Of a stretch of 64,000 nucleotides of DNA, positions 1 through 12,239 are shown piece by piece (position 1 is the first letter of the stretch; every line of letters begins with the position of its first letter). The translations under genes were made by a program, and so were the position numbers. The stretch lies in assembly GCF_000143415.4 (NCBI RefSeq), contig NW_003314274.1, forward strand, positions 1,243,395 through 1,307,394, read 5' to 3'. The notes below the pieces were generated by a model. It saw only the letters and a list, made by a program, of their open reading frames with translations, made no database searches and was not told the origin of the DNA. Origin of the DNA: Selaginella moellendorffii (lineage: Eukaryota; Plantae; Lycopodiophyta).

Positions 1-1408
1 CCAACTCTAGACTCGATCCAACTCAATTGCCTTAGCCCCAAAAGTTAGCATCCCTTTCGGGCTGCATCATACAAACTATATACTAAGGTTTAAGCCAACC
101 GAAGTCAACTCCAACCTGTTCACTAAATTGTACTAGCTTTCGAAAACAGAATGGTTTTCGGACAAAGTGATCAATAGATCAACCATTGGAAAAGTCTAAG
201 AAAATTTTTGGAAAATTTCCATCCTAGAGAAAGAATGACTCTCAGTCCAGGAATGCAAGCTTTCAAGACTCAACCAACTTCCTCCTACTTACAACTTCAC
301 ATAGGTTCACTTCAACACCAATTCTCATGACCCATAGTATGCTTAAGCTTTGAACATCTTTTTGCCCATACTTCCGACATCCAACACCAACATCTGCAAA
401 AATGCAAAATGAACATCCAAGGCTTGATCATGAAAACCACATCTTTGGATATCCACAGTTGCACTAACACTCTTCTTCAACCACCTTCAAAATCCAATGT
501 GATGCCAAAACACTAACAAGAAAAATGACATGAAAAATCAAGGTCTAAGGAGAATTCCTCATCACTCGAAATAACAATGCCACTTCCACTAACACTAGTG
601 CTAGTGATGTCAATGCCTCAACTACACACCGTCTCCATCCAACAATCTACTCCAAGTGCTAACGGATCAACAAATGCGCTATAACAAATGAATGCTACAA
701 CCCTTTTTCCAACATCTCATGGGCAAACCCTCAAGAACAAGGAACTAATTTAAGCTTAGCATAATGGACCACCATTGAGAATCCAGTCAAGGCTATTACA
801 ATGCTACTATATGCAAGTAGATTAACTTCACCATCAACCACTTTGGGGTTGATCATTGTTTAACCAAGAAACTTTGTAAACGCATTACTCATTATCATAT
901 GGATATGATATAAGTATCACAATGACTTGATTATCAATTGAGTAACACCACGAACAATGCCCATATTATTACTTCAAAAGTTTATGTGAGTATCAAGCGT
1001 CAACTCAATTCGACAAAATGCAACATAAATGCCACACCCCACCAATAAAGATTTACAACACCTAACACCACTAACTTTTATTCACAACATGGACAAGCTC
1101 ATATCACTCTTTTTTCGATTCAACTCAACACTAATCCAACACCAAACCACTCAAGGAGCAATAGCAAGGTTCCCCAGAAAAGAATTGAGCATTGTAACCT
1201 AAGTCTTTCAATAGTAAGCCTCGACAAAATGGTATAGTGCTTCACCACTATCCATCCCACGACTCACCACTTGTAAAACTATCACTTCCAATATGCATCA
1301 AGATAGGGACTCTTGATTGCATACCGTAAACACAAGCAATGAGTTAACACCTCGTTACAAATCATCTCTCCAAAAAGAGAAAATGATTTATGTGTTTGAT
1401 CCTTTATC

Positions 1409-1695
1409 ATGCTTTATTTCGTTAAAGTGGGACTTATTCAGTAAAGTGGGACATTAATTAGCATGTGTCCACATGCCATTTCTTAGTACTTAATTAATAT
1501 TTATTAATATTTCTATCAGTTTTTTAATTTATTTTTTATATTTCACAATATTATAACACAAAATCATATGAAAAGTTTTTAATTTATAAATTATAAAGTT
1601 AAAAATTCAATTTTTTATTGTTGTTATAAAAATGGCATGTGGCCACACACCATAAGTGGGATAATGAAAAGTCCCACTTTAACGAAATAAAGCAT
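1409..1695. mobile_element. 287-bp MITE derived from the Sola-like transposon family
   Basis: TIRs ATGCTTTATTTCGTTAAAGTGGGACT / AGTCCCACTTTAACGAAATAAAGCAT and an imperfect 4-bp TSD (TATC/TGTC). It is absent from the paralogous arm (~4456-4465). Its ends match those at 27591 and 47577. Confidence 0.9.
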
Positions 1696-2287
1696 TGTCC
1701 CTAAGAACTCTCTTTTCGGTCTCATCTTTGATCAAACCTCAAGCTTGCGTTTGCATTTCTTTCAGTCCAATCCAAGAAAAAGTTTACGAGAGAGCACGGC
1801 AATGACTATTTGAACCAAAAGACTAATCCCTATAGTCTTGATTAATCCACTTATAATCATGCCTAAGAAGGATCCACTAGTGTCGTGCTAAATAGCTACG
1901 GACCAACCTATTTGCCACTCATAGCAAACTTAGGGAAGGTTCACTCTTACCCATGGTACATGGAACAACTCATTGACCACTTATAGGCTAATATTAATTC
2001 TGCCAACTCAAAGTGCAACCTTGAATTGCTAATGCGCCTCACTCACGAGCCCAAGCGAAAACTCGTGCAAATGGTACACCTTAAATCCATCATATGAGCC
2101 CAAGAGCAAGCTCACATTATTACAATACAAAAAGATAACCAAATCCATACTCAAGGAACAATTGCGAAGTCTTAGCACCCAAACGTGTACCCATTCGAAT
2201 CATCATTTTCATCTCTGCATATGCAACGAGACTAGTTGCCCAATCTCATTGAATAGTACTCACTCAGACTCATCCTCTAATACTAAA

Positions 2288-3431
2288 TGTAGCACATGTG
2301 GTTTTTACCCTTTATCCTATGGTGATTTACCATAGGATAACACCACGAAGCGGAACATAAACCCTCTTTGTGCCACGTGACAGATGCCACATGTCACATG
2401 CCACGTGTCCAAAGGATAATGGTGTGGAACCCGAGTTTCAGGGCCTTGGGCCACTGAACAAAGGAACGGTGCCAAACTCCCAAGCTTGGAGCCAAGGAGT
2501 GACAGAACCGAACCATGGAGCAACTCTCAAGCATACAGCTCAAGGAGCGAAGGGACAGGAGCCCGGAGCGACTTGGAACAGTCCTAGAGCAACTAGCATC
2601 TTAATGCCAGGACCAACACATAAAACGGAGCCAAATAGAGTTTGGCGCTATTTCGGCATACCGGTGGTCTAACGTGAGGATATGGGTACTCCATCAGCTA
2701 GCATGGAATGGAATTTGGGTTTAGACCCAAGCCAGACACAGAACAAGGATAGACATGCAAGCGGGAGTTAGACTATGCCTCAAGTTGGTCGGCCATGCCC
2801 GACCTACCCACTATCCCTACTATCATTTGGAACCCCCCATATCCTCCCCCCCTTGAGGAACACATGCTTTGGGCTTTCACCCCAAGCCTCCCTTAGTATC
2901 AGGAGTTAGTCTCTGGGACAAGCTCAAAACTTACTAAATATGGAATGGTGCTAGATTGTGAATTTGGTCATGGGACAAACATCATTGTGTTCAGGACAAT
3001 CTCTACATTCCGTAGATATGCCAAATGAGCAAATCTAGACACTTTCCATAAATAGCATTTGGGACCGAAATGAAACTAACACAAAGGGCATGATAGTGAG
3101 GGTGTTTGGTAGACACGGTAAATTATCATCCAGTGATATTGAGGGACTAATCTCAATACGCGAGGGTTCTTGTCAAGCCAGTGCAAGATAGAGCAAAAGA
3201 GAACTAACAAGCCGGGCCGAGTATGCTCAGCTAAATAGACACTTAGGAATTCCTTTCTTATGCTCATCCGGCCAAGTACAGATGCTAAGCCCAGTTTACT
3301 AACACTTGAACAAGAGGGACTAATAAAGGGTCCAGCAATACCGACCTCCTGCTATCGTGGCAGTAAAGAAAGAGTGTCCGTAAGGATTGGCCGACAGGTA
3401 ACTTTCAATACCCGAAATCACATTCGTGACA
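2288..3431 (-). repeat. Family A LTR (5' LTR of the minus-strand copy)
   Basis: TG..CA termini and ~1.14-kb homology to the other two family A LTRs. Confidence 0.9.
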
Positions 3432-3760
3432 CGGGTTCGATTCCCATTGATTAGTGGCTACTTAAAAATATAATATACCCTTGAGCAAGGTATATTCCTA
3501 CCCCTAAATTTGAAATCGTATGTATTGGACATCCATGTGTACGTCCTTCCTCTTGTGTGGAGTATCCACAGACAAAGGTATCCACCGTGGGATTGCAGTA
3601 CGGGTGGATGACTAGTTACCTCACATGGAATAGCTAGTCTACACAATAGAAGGATTGGTAAATTTAGTGCGGAAATGGAAGTATTGGTTCCCTTTGGCTC
3701 AGTAGGGGTTGTTAATCAATAGTCAATGAGGACATTGACCTCTCTAAAGGGGGGGGTGAG

Positions 3761-3912
3761 TGTAGCACATATGATCATGGGATGAGATTTGGATATACTG
3801 TCACCATGGATCCTTGGAACCTTGGGGGATAAAATAGCCACTAAGGGCTTTCTCATCAAGCAATTGCCCCTTTTCCAGTTGGCTTAAGGGGAGAGAAATA
3901 AGGTGTGCTACA
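3761..3912 (+). repeat. 152-bp short LTR, preceded by a PPT and followed by an iMet PBS
   Basis: Inverted ends TGTAGCAC...GTGCTACA; PPT AAAGGGGGGGGTGAG at 3746-3760; TGGTATCAGAG from 3915. Confidence 0.7.
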
Positions 3913-6408
3913 TTTGGTATCAGAGGATGAGTCTCAGCGAGTACTATCCAATGAGATTAGGCAACTAGTCTCATTACATACGCAAAGATGAAAACGATAA
4001 TCCGAGTGGGTACACGTTTGGGTGCTAAGACTTCGCATTTGTTCCTTGGGCTCATAGGATGGATTTGAGGTGTACCATTTACACGAGTTTTTGCTTGGGC
4101 TCGTGAATGAGGCACATTAGCAACTTCAGGTTATACTTTGAGTTGGCAAGGTTAATGTAAGCCTATCGATAGTTCTAGTGGTTCTGTAAGTTGTTCCATG
4201 TACCATGGGTGAAAGTAAACTTTCCCTAGGTTTGCTGTGAGTGGCAAATAGGCTGGTCCATAGCTGTTTAGCACGGCATTAGTAGATCCTTCCTAAGCAT
4301 GATTATGAGTGGATCAATCAAGACTGTAGGGATTAGTCTATTGATTCAGTAGTCATTGCCGTGCTCTCTTATAAACTTTTCTTGGATTGGACTGAAGGTA
4401 GTGCGAAAGCAAGCTTGAGGTTTGGTCAAAGATGAGGCTAAAAGGAGAGTCATCAGGGGCAAAGGATCAAACACGTAAATCATTTTCTTTTCTTGAGAGA
4501 TGATTTGCAATGAGGTGTGAATCATTGCTCGTGTTCACAGTATGCAATTAAGAGTCCCTATCTTGATGCATATTGGAAGTGATAGTTTTACAAGTGGTGA
4601 ATCGTGGGATAGATAGTGGTGAAGTGCTATACCATTTTGTCGAGGCTTGCTATTGGAAGACTTGGGTTACAATGCTCAATTGTTTTCCGGGGAACCTTGC
4701 TATTGCTCCTTGAGTGGTTTGGTGTTGGATTAGTGTTGAGTTTGATCGGAAAGAGAGTGGTATGAGCTTGTCCATGTTATGAACAAAAGTTAGTGGTGTT
4801 AAGTGTTGTAAATCTTTATTGGTGGGGTGTGGCATTTATGTTACATTTTGTCGAATTGAGTTGACACTTGATACTCATATAAACTTTTGAAGTAATGATA
4901 TGGGCATTGTTCATGGTGTTGCTCAATTGATGATCAAGTCATTGTGATATTTATATCATATCCATATGATAATGAGTAATGTGTTTACGAAGTTGCTTGG
5001 TTAAACGATGATCAACCCCAAAGTGGTTGATGGTGAAGCTAGTTTACTTGCATATAATAACATTGTAGTAGCCTTGACTGGATTCTTGATGGTGGTCCAT
5101 TATGCTAAGCTTAAATTAGTACTTTGTTCTTGAGGGTTTGTCCATAAAGTGTTGGAAAAAAGGTTGTAACATTCATTTGCTATAGCTCATTAGTTGATCC
5201 GTTAGCACTTGTAGTAGATTGTTGGATGAAGACGGTGTGTAATTGAGGCATTGACATCACTAGCACTAGTGTTAGTGGAAGTGGCATTGTTATTTCGAGT
5301 GATGAGGAATTCTCCTTAAACCTTGATTTTTCATGTCATTTTTCTTGTTAGTGTTTTGGCATCACATTGGATTTTGAAGGTGGTTGAAGAAGAGTGTTAG
5401 TGCAACTGTGGATATCCAAAGATGTGGTTTTCATGATCAAGCCTTGGATGTTCATTTTGCATTTTTGCAGATGTCGGTATTGGATGTCGAAAGTATGGGC
5501 AAAAAGATATTCAAAGCTTAAGCATACTATGGGTCATGAGAATTAGTGTTGAAGTGAACCTATGTGAAGTTGTAGGTAGGAGGAAGTTGGTTGAGTCTTG
5601 AAAGCTTGCATTCCTGGACTAAGAGTCATTCTTTCTCTAGGATGGAAATTTTCCATAAATTTTTTTAGACTTTTCCAATGGTTGATCTATTGATCACTTT
5701 GTCTGAAAACCATTTTGTTTTCGAAAGCTAGTACAATTTAGTGAACGGGTTGGAGTTGACTTCGGTTGGCTTAAACCTTAGTATATAGTTTGTATGATGC
5801 AGCCCGAAAGGGATGCTGACTTTTGGGGCTAAGGCAATTGAGTTGAATAGAGTCTAGAGTTGGTGTAGAAAAGTGGCTATTGCACTTTTCTAAGAAGGGT
5901 GACCCTTGTGCCTTTCTTTTGTAGCATTATGCTCAGTGGCAGGTTGCACCTTGCATTTTGTTAAGACTTTATGAGAGTAGTGAGCTCTTATTGATCTTAA
6001 TTTGGTTTTGGTGGCCCTGCACCTTGGCTGAGGATGGTGATGTCCAACTTAGTTGTTTGAGTTTGATGTGTTAATACATACTATAGCTTTGTTTAAGAGG
6101 AGGTTGTGTACCGATATGAGTGCATCTTATGGTCTTCACTTTAGTTTTGACTGAGTGTTGATCACATAGCTAGCCTCTTCAAGACATGCTCAGAGCTAGT
6201 GGTTAAATGTTTTAGTGAGCTTATTGCGGTTGAGTTGGATTCGAGTGGTCATTTAGTTTGTGCTTGTCTATGAACTTTTATCTTGTACCTGGGGTATCAC
6301 GTTTATGTTGGACAAGTATATAACTTGATGACAAGTGTTGGTATTTGGGTCTTGTGAAGGCAAGTTAAGGAGTGATTGTTGGTTGCTTTGTGACTAGTGA
6401 TTACTTGT

Positions 6409-7544
6409 TGTCGCGCATGTGACTTCGGGTATCGAAAGTTACCTGTCGACTAGTCCTTACAGACACTCTTACCTTACTGCCACGATGGCAGGAGGTCGGT
6501 ATTGCTGGACCCTTTATCAGTCCCTCTTGTGCTAGTGGAGTTAACTGGGCATTTCGAGTGTACTTAGACCGGACGAGCATAAGGACGGAATTCCTACGTG
6601 TTATTAGCTAAGCATACTTAGCCCGGTAAGGAGTTCCCGTCTCGTTTTGTCTTGCACTGGCTAGTGACAAGAACCCTCGCGTATTGAGATTGGTCCCTCA
6701 ATATCGCTACATGATAGCTTACCGTGTCTGCCAAACACCCTCGCTATCATGCCCTTTGTGTTAGTCTCATTTCGGTCCCAAATGCTATTTATGGAAAGTG
6801 TCCAGATTTGCTCATTTGGCATATCTACGGAATGTAGAGATCGGCCTGAACACAATGGTGTTCGTCCCGTGTCCAAATTCGCAATCTAGGGACATTCCAT
6901 ATTTAGTAAGTTTCGAGCTTGTCCCAGAGACTAACTCCTGATACTAAGGGAGGCTTGGGGTGAAAGCCCAAAGCGTGTGTTCCTCAAGGGGGGGGGGGGG
7001 CTATGGGGGGTTCCAAATGTATAGTAGGGATAGTGGGTAGGTCGGGCATGGCCGACCAACCTGAGGCATAGTCTAGCTCCCACTTGCGTGCTTGTCCTTG
7101 TTCTGCGTCCGGCTTGGGTCTAAGCCCAAGTTCCATTCCATGCTAGCTGGTGGAGTACCCATGTCCTCGCGTTAGGCCACCGGTATGCCGAAATAGCGCC
7201 AGACTCCATTTGGCTCCGTTTTGCGTGCTGGTCCTGGCATTGGGATGCTGGTTGCTCTAGGACTGTTCCAAGTCGCTCCAGGCCCCTGTCCCTTCGCTCC
7301 TTGGGCTGTATGCTCGGGAGTTGCTCCGTGGTTCGGTTCCATCACTCCTTGGCGTCACGCTTGGGAGTTTGGCACCGTTCCTTCGTTCAGTGGCCCAAGG
7401 CCCTGAACCTCGGGTTCCTATGGACACGTGGCATGTGACACGTGGCATCTGTCACGTGGCACAAAGAGGGTTTAGGTTCCGCTTCGTGGTGTTATCCTAT
7501 GGTAAATCACCATAGGATAAAGGGTCAAAACCACGTGCGCTACA
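6409..7544 (+). mobile_element. Family A solo LTR nested inside a family A element
   Basis: TG..CA ends flanked by a perfect 5-bp TSD CTTGT (6404-6408 and 7545-7549). Confidence 0.92.
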
Positions 7545-9981
7545 CTTGTAGACTTAGTCAAGGACTATTGACACTTGCTTTGCTCGATGATGATTTAGCA
7601 GTGATGGGCTTGCTTTACTGAATGGTGTTGTGGAGGATCGTGTCATTAGACTTACATGAGCTTTTCATGTTAATATGTCGACTCTACCTCTGTTTATATC
7701 ATTTGGTTACATCTAGTCCATAATGTTGGATTTCATTAAGTCTTGGACATGGTGAATCACTCCTTGATGATGTGTTATTTGTAGCTGAGTGTTGTTGAAG
7801 GATTGGTCTCGGATACTGAGTAAAGTATCTTTGACTTTGGTTAGCTTGGTTGCTAGAGAGTTTTGAGTGGTGATTCACTCTTGTTTTCTTCTAGCTTTAT
7901 TTTGGTGTTGATGGCATTGAAGTGATGCCTTGTCGTTGACATTGTTGATATTGAGATCTGAGTGAAATAAGATATCCTTCTAAGGATTGATATTGAGTTT
8001 CATTAGTCTTGATGAAGATAGTGTTGATAATTTGGCTTCTTTGTGTTGTTGGCATTCATACATTTACTAGTTAGCAACTGTATTGACGTTCAAATGAATT
8101 GAGTGGCAAGTTGAGTTAGTTGTGTTTTTGATGAGATTGGTTAGTAGGGGATGAATTTTAGCTTTTCCTTGAAACATGATTTAATCATGGACTACATTAG
8201 CCTTACAAGAAAAAAAGTTAGTGATCGATATTGACAATGTTGAATCTTTATTGGATTTGAGTTTGAATTGATCATTGATGATTCTTCTTGTGCTTGTTAT
8301 GAAGTGAGTTACGTCTTGCTGTAGATGGATTCATGAAGGATCGATTTGATGATCACTTGTTAAGCATAGCTCCAAAGTGCTTAACTTTTGGGTTGATGTA
8401 GATATGTTCTTCATTAGCTTTGGTATTATGAAATATCACTTATGGATGTGTTGAAGAGGGTATTGTGGGTTATAACTATAATTTCTTCTTTAGCATTGAA
8501 ATTAGTTCATGCGAGACTTGTGATCATTGTTAAGCAAGACTTAACTATAGACTTCTTCAAACTTTTAGTTCTTTGAGTTTATTATGCTCACTATTCCATT
8601 TGTTAGAAGTTGTTGGGAGAAGGCATTTTGGCTTGTTAGCTTCGATGTTGAAATTAATATTTACATCTAGCAATCATTGGTGATGCTTGATTATCATCTA
8701 GGATAGTTGATTATCCTTGTCAAAAAGTTTTGCTTGATTATTGTTGGTATAGTATGATTTGCCGTTCTTCGGGATGATGGATTCCTCTTTAGCCGATGAT
8801 TTTGCATCTCTTTATTGATGGGATGATTGATGATCTTTCATGATGGTTAGTTGATTTTTTTTATAGCTTTTGGCTTTTCCGCAATACCACATGTTCTTTG
8901 TGGTTTGCTTTGGATTGGTCTCTTGGGTTTGAGACATCAGTAGGACGTTGCTGACACTTGCTTAGGCAACTTGAGTTCCTTGGTATTGTTGACTGGGATT
9001 TATTCAAATTGGCTGGTGCAATAGTTGGCATGATTAAGTGTTTGTTGGTCTTACCACATTCATTATATTCTTTTGATTGTTGCTCGAGTTAGTTCTGATA
9101 GATTTGGATGTTATTTCCTTTGGGTGATATATTCACGAGCATTGTGCTTATCAATCAATAATACTTTGTGTTCTTTGAGTTATCTTTGGTAAGTTGTTTG
9201 ACATACTGTCTACAACCTTTGGTAGTTAAGTTTCATCATTGAGTTCACTTGATGATATACGTGCTATTGAATTTTGTTGGATAATACATTTTATATTTTC
9301 CAATCCTACTGATCTTGATGGTTCCTATACTGTCATATTAGTTTATCGGATGATAACTTTCTTGGAATACTTTTGTGTTCTAACCTAAGCTTTATTCACT
9401 AATAATTAAATCTCTAAGATATTATTGTCTATGACTTTGATATTGTTCATCTATTGATCTTTGAGTTTGGGCCAGTATAGGCAACTTGGTTTCGGCACTT
9501 CGTGTGCATGGTGAAATCTCTAGTCATGGGGTAGCTACTGTCGACTGGTCACATCACCTGCCTCTTTGTCGATGTTCCTTATTCCATTAAAAGGGCATGA
9601 CCGTGTAAACAACTTTAACTGCCTGTTATCTAAACCTTACCGACGGGTTTAGTTTCTTTGCTCATGAGGGTTGGGGCCTCTGGCTTCTCTCTCTATGCCA
9701 CCTGTAGGCAGGGGCGTATCACACTTTTGTAGCTGGGTGACACCCAAAGCAGCAATGGTGGCTGACTCCATTAATCATTTCCTTGTCAGCGACGGCCGGA
9801 AGGTGTTTGAGTTGGTAGCACATCCGTGTTAGACAAAGAGGTTATCCCCTAACTCATTTAAGTTGGTGCATTTCTCACATAGTGTGATTACCGTGAACTT
9901 TTTCTTGAGTTGTTTCCTTGGCGGTATTCTAGACTTGAGTATGCATCGACGAGGACGTCGATCTTCCCTAGGGGGGTAGAG

Positions 9982-11117
9982 TGTCGCAAATGTGACTTCG
10001 GGTATCGAAAGTTACTTGTCAGCTAGTCCTTACAGACACTCTTTCTTTACTACCACGATGGCAGGAGGTCGGTATTGCTGGACCCTTTATTAGTCCCTCT
10101 TGTTCAAGTGTTAATAAATTGGGCTTAGCATCTGTACTTGGCCAGATAAGCATAAGGAAGGAATTCCTAAGTGTCTATTTAGCTGAGCATACTCGGCCCG
10201 GCTTGTTAGTTCTCTTTTGCTCTGTCTTGCACTAGCTTGACAAGAACCCTCACGTATTGAGATTAGTCCCTCAATATTGCTAGATGATAACTTACTGTGT
10301 CTACCAAACACCCTCACTATCATGCCCTTTGTGTTAATTTCATTTCGGTCCCAAATGCTATTTATGGAAAGTGTCTAGATTTGCTCATTTGGCATATCTA
10401 CGGAATGTAGAGATTGAATGGTATTTGTCCCATGACCTAATTCGCAATTTAGCGCCATTCCATATTTAGTAAGTTTCGAGCTTGTCCCAGAGACTAACTC
10501 TTGATACTAAGGGAGGCTTGGGGTGAAAGCCCAAAGCGTGTGTTCCTCAAGGGAGGGGGGGATATGGGGGGTTCTAAATGTATAGTAGAGATAGTGGGTA
10601 GGTCGGGCATGGCTGACCAACCTGAGGCATAGTCTAACTCCTGCTTGTGTATCTATCTTTGTTCTGCGTCTGGCTTGGGTCTAAACCCAAGTTCCATTCC
10701 ATGTTAGCTGGTGGAGTACCCATATCCTCACGTTAGGCCACCGGTATACCGAAATAGCACCAAACTCTATTTGGCTCCGTTTTACGTGCTGATCCTGGTA
10801 TTAAGATGCTAATTGCTCTAGGACTGTTCCAAGTCGCTCCGGGCTTTTGTCCCTTCCCTCCTTGGGCTGTATGCTCAGGAGTTGCTCCATGGTTCGATTC
10901 CATCACTCCTTGGCTCCAAGCTTGGGAGTTTGGCACCGTTCCTTCGTTCAGTGGCCCAAGGCCCTGAAACTCGGGTTCCACACCACTGTCCTTTGGACAC
11001 ATGGCATGTGACATGTGGCATCTGTCACATGGCACAAAGAGGGTTTATGTTCCGCTTCGTGGTGTTATCCTATGGTAAATCACCATAGGATAAAGGGTAA
11101 AAACCACATGCACTACA
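9982..11117 (+). repeat. Family A 3' LTR
   Basis: Follows the PPT, TG..CA ends, homologous to 6409-7544. Confidence 0.9.
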
Positions 11118-11654
11118 GTGCAATTGCTTGATACTATATGATTGCAATTGACCAACTAAACTCAGTTGATGGTGGCATTCAAGATGCATGGTATAGCTCT
11201 TCTTGCTTTTGCTGCCAATTCTTGCGTTTGGCCAGAGTTCTTCCATGGAAATCCTGAGGATGATGTGTATTATTGGTTCAATCACTTCACGGTGATTGCC
11301 ACATATTATTCTTAGGATGATGTTTGACATTTGCATGAGTTTCCCACGTATCTCCAAGGGATAGTGTTGCAATGGTACAATGGTTTGAACACAGCCACTC
11401 GTGAGGATTTAAATATTCTCCCAGATGTCTTGAAATACATATTTAGACATGTTAACAATTATGATGATGCTTTTTAACAATTGCATTGTCTTCGTCAAAG
11501 GCCTTCTGAGTTGGTGATGCAGTTTAGCATTTGTTTTTGAAGCCTTTTGCTTTGTGCGGAGCTAAATATGTCAGAGCGGATCAAGCTAGGTATGTTATAG
11601 CTAACACTTCATCAAGATCTTGTAGAATTTGTACATACACTTGCTTTAACCACC

Positions 11655-12239
11655 TGTAAGCAACCAAAGGGAACGACTCAAGAGACGATCCATGTGGTTC
11701 AAATATAGAGGGAAAGGGCCCATGATAAGAGTGCACCCTCTTTTCCAATCGGTTAAGGGTCTTGGGATACCTGGGGTTAAGCATCCTTGGGTTTGAATAG
11801 TACTGGGTTGGGTGATCTCCTGGGAAGTCCGAACTCTACAATTGGTATTAGAGCGGTCTTGGGTCCGACTCTGTTGGTTGGTTAAGGGAATCACACCATA
11901 TGTTAATTGACATCTGGCTGGTCCAGTTTGCTCCCATTGGGCTCGACCCAAGGGGTAGGGTGTCAAGAGAGCGAGGCTCTCGGGAGAGTTGTAGCTCTTA
12001 GCTTCCGTTCACGAGAGCGTGAACTTGCAGGGAAGTGTGGTGGATTGTAAGCAACCAAAGGGAATGACTCAAGAGACGATCCATGGGGTTCAAATATAGA
12101 GGGAAAGGGACCATGAATAAGAGTGCACCCCCTTTTCCAATCGGTTAAAGGTTTTGGGATATTTAGGGTTAAGCGTCCTTGGGTTTGAATAGTACTGGGC
12201 TAGGTGATCTCTCGGGAAGTCCAAACTCAAGAGCTTACA
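11655..12239 (+). mobile_element. Cassandra-type TRIM with a 5S rRNA-derived segment in each LTR
   Basis: LTRs 11655-11840 and 12046-12239, TSD CCACC, PBS TGGTATTAGAGC at 11843, purine tract before LTR2. The LTRs contain GTTAAGCRTCCTTGGG..AGTACTGGG..GGTGATCTC..GGGAAGTCC, resembling the 5S A-box/IE/C-box region. Confidence 0.9.

Larger units (their letters stand above)
1..3431 (-). mobile_element. Non-coding LTR element family A (LARD-like), minus-strand copy running off the left edge
   Basis: LTR 2288-3431 is the reverse complement of 6409-7544 and 9982-11117. A degenerate iMet PBS (TAGTATTAGAGG, ~2274-2285) follows it on the minus strand. Apart from the MITE, 1-2287 is the reverse complement of 3913-5863. 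Confidence 0.85.
3761..11117 (+). mobile_element. Non-coding LTR element family A, plus-strand copy with a non-matching 5' LTR
   Basis: PBS at 3915, T-rich interior without retroelement ORFs, PPT AGGGGGGTAGAG at 9970-9981, 3' LTR 9982-11117. Confidence 0.75.

Noticed and set aside
3430-3446. tRNA or SINE suggested by GGGTTCGATTCCC
   Set aside because: Isolated B-box-like motif cut by an LTR end, with no A-box or cloverleaf.
11775-11830. 5S rRNA gene
   Set aside because: Only a partial internal-promoter segment, duplicated within TRIM LTRs.
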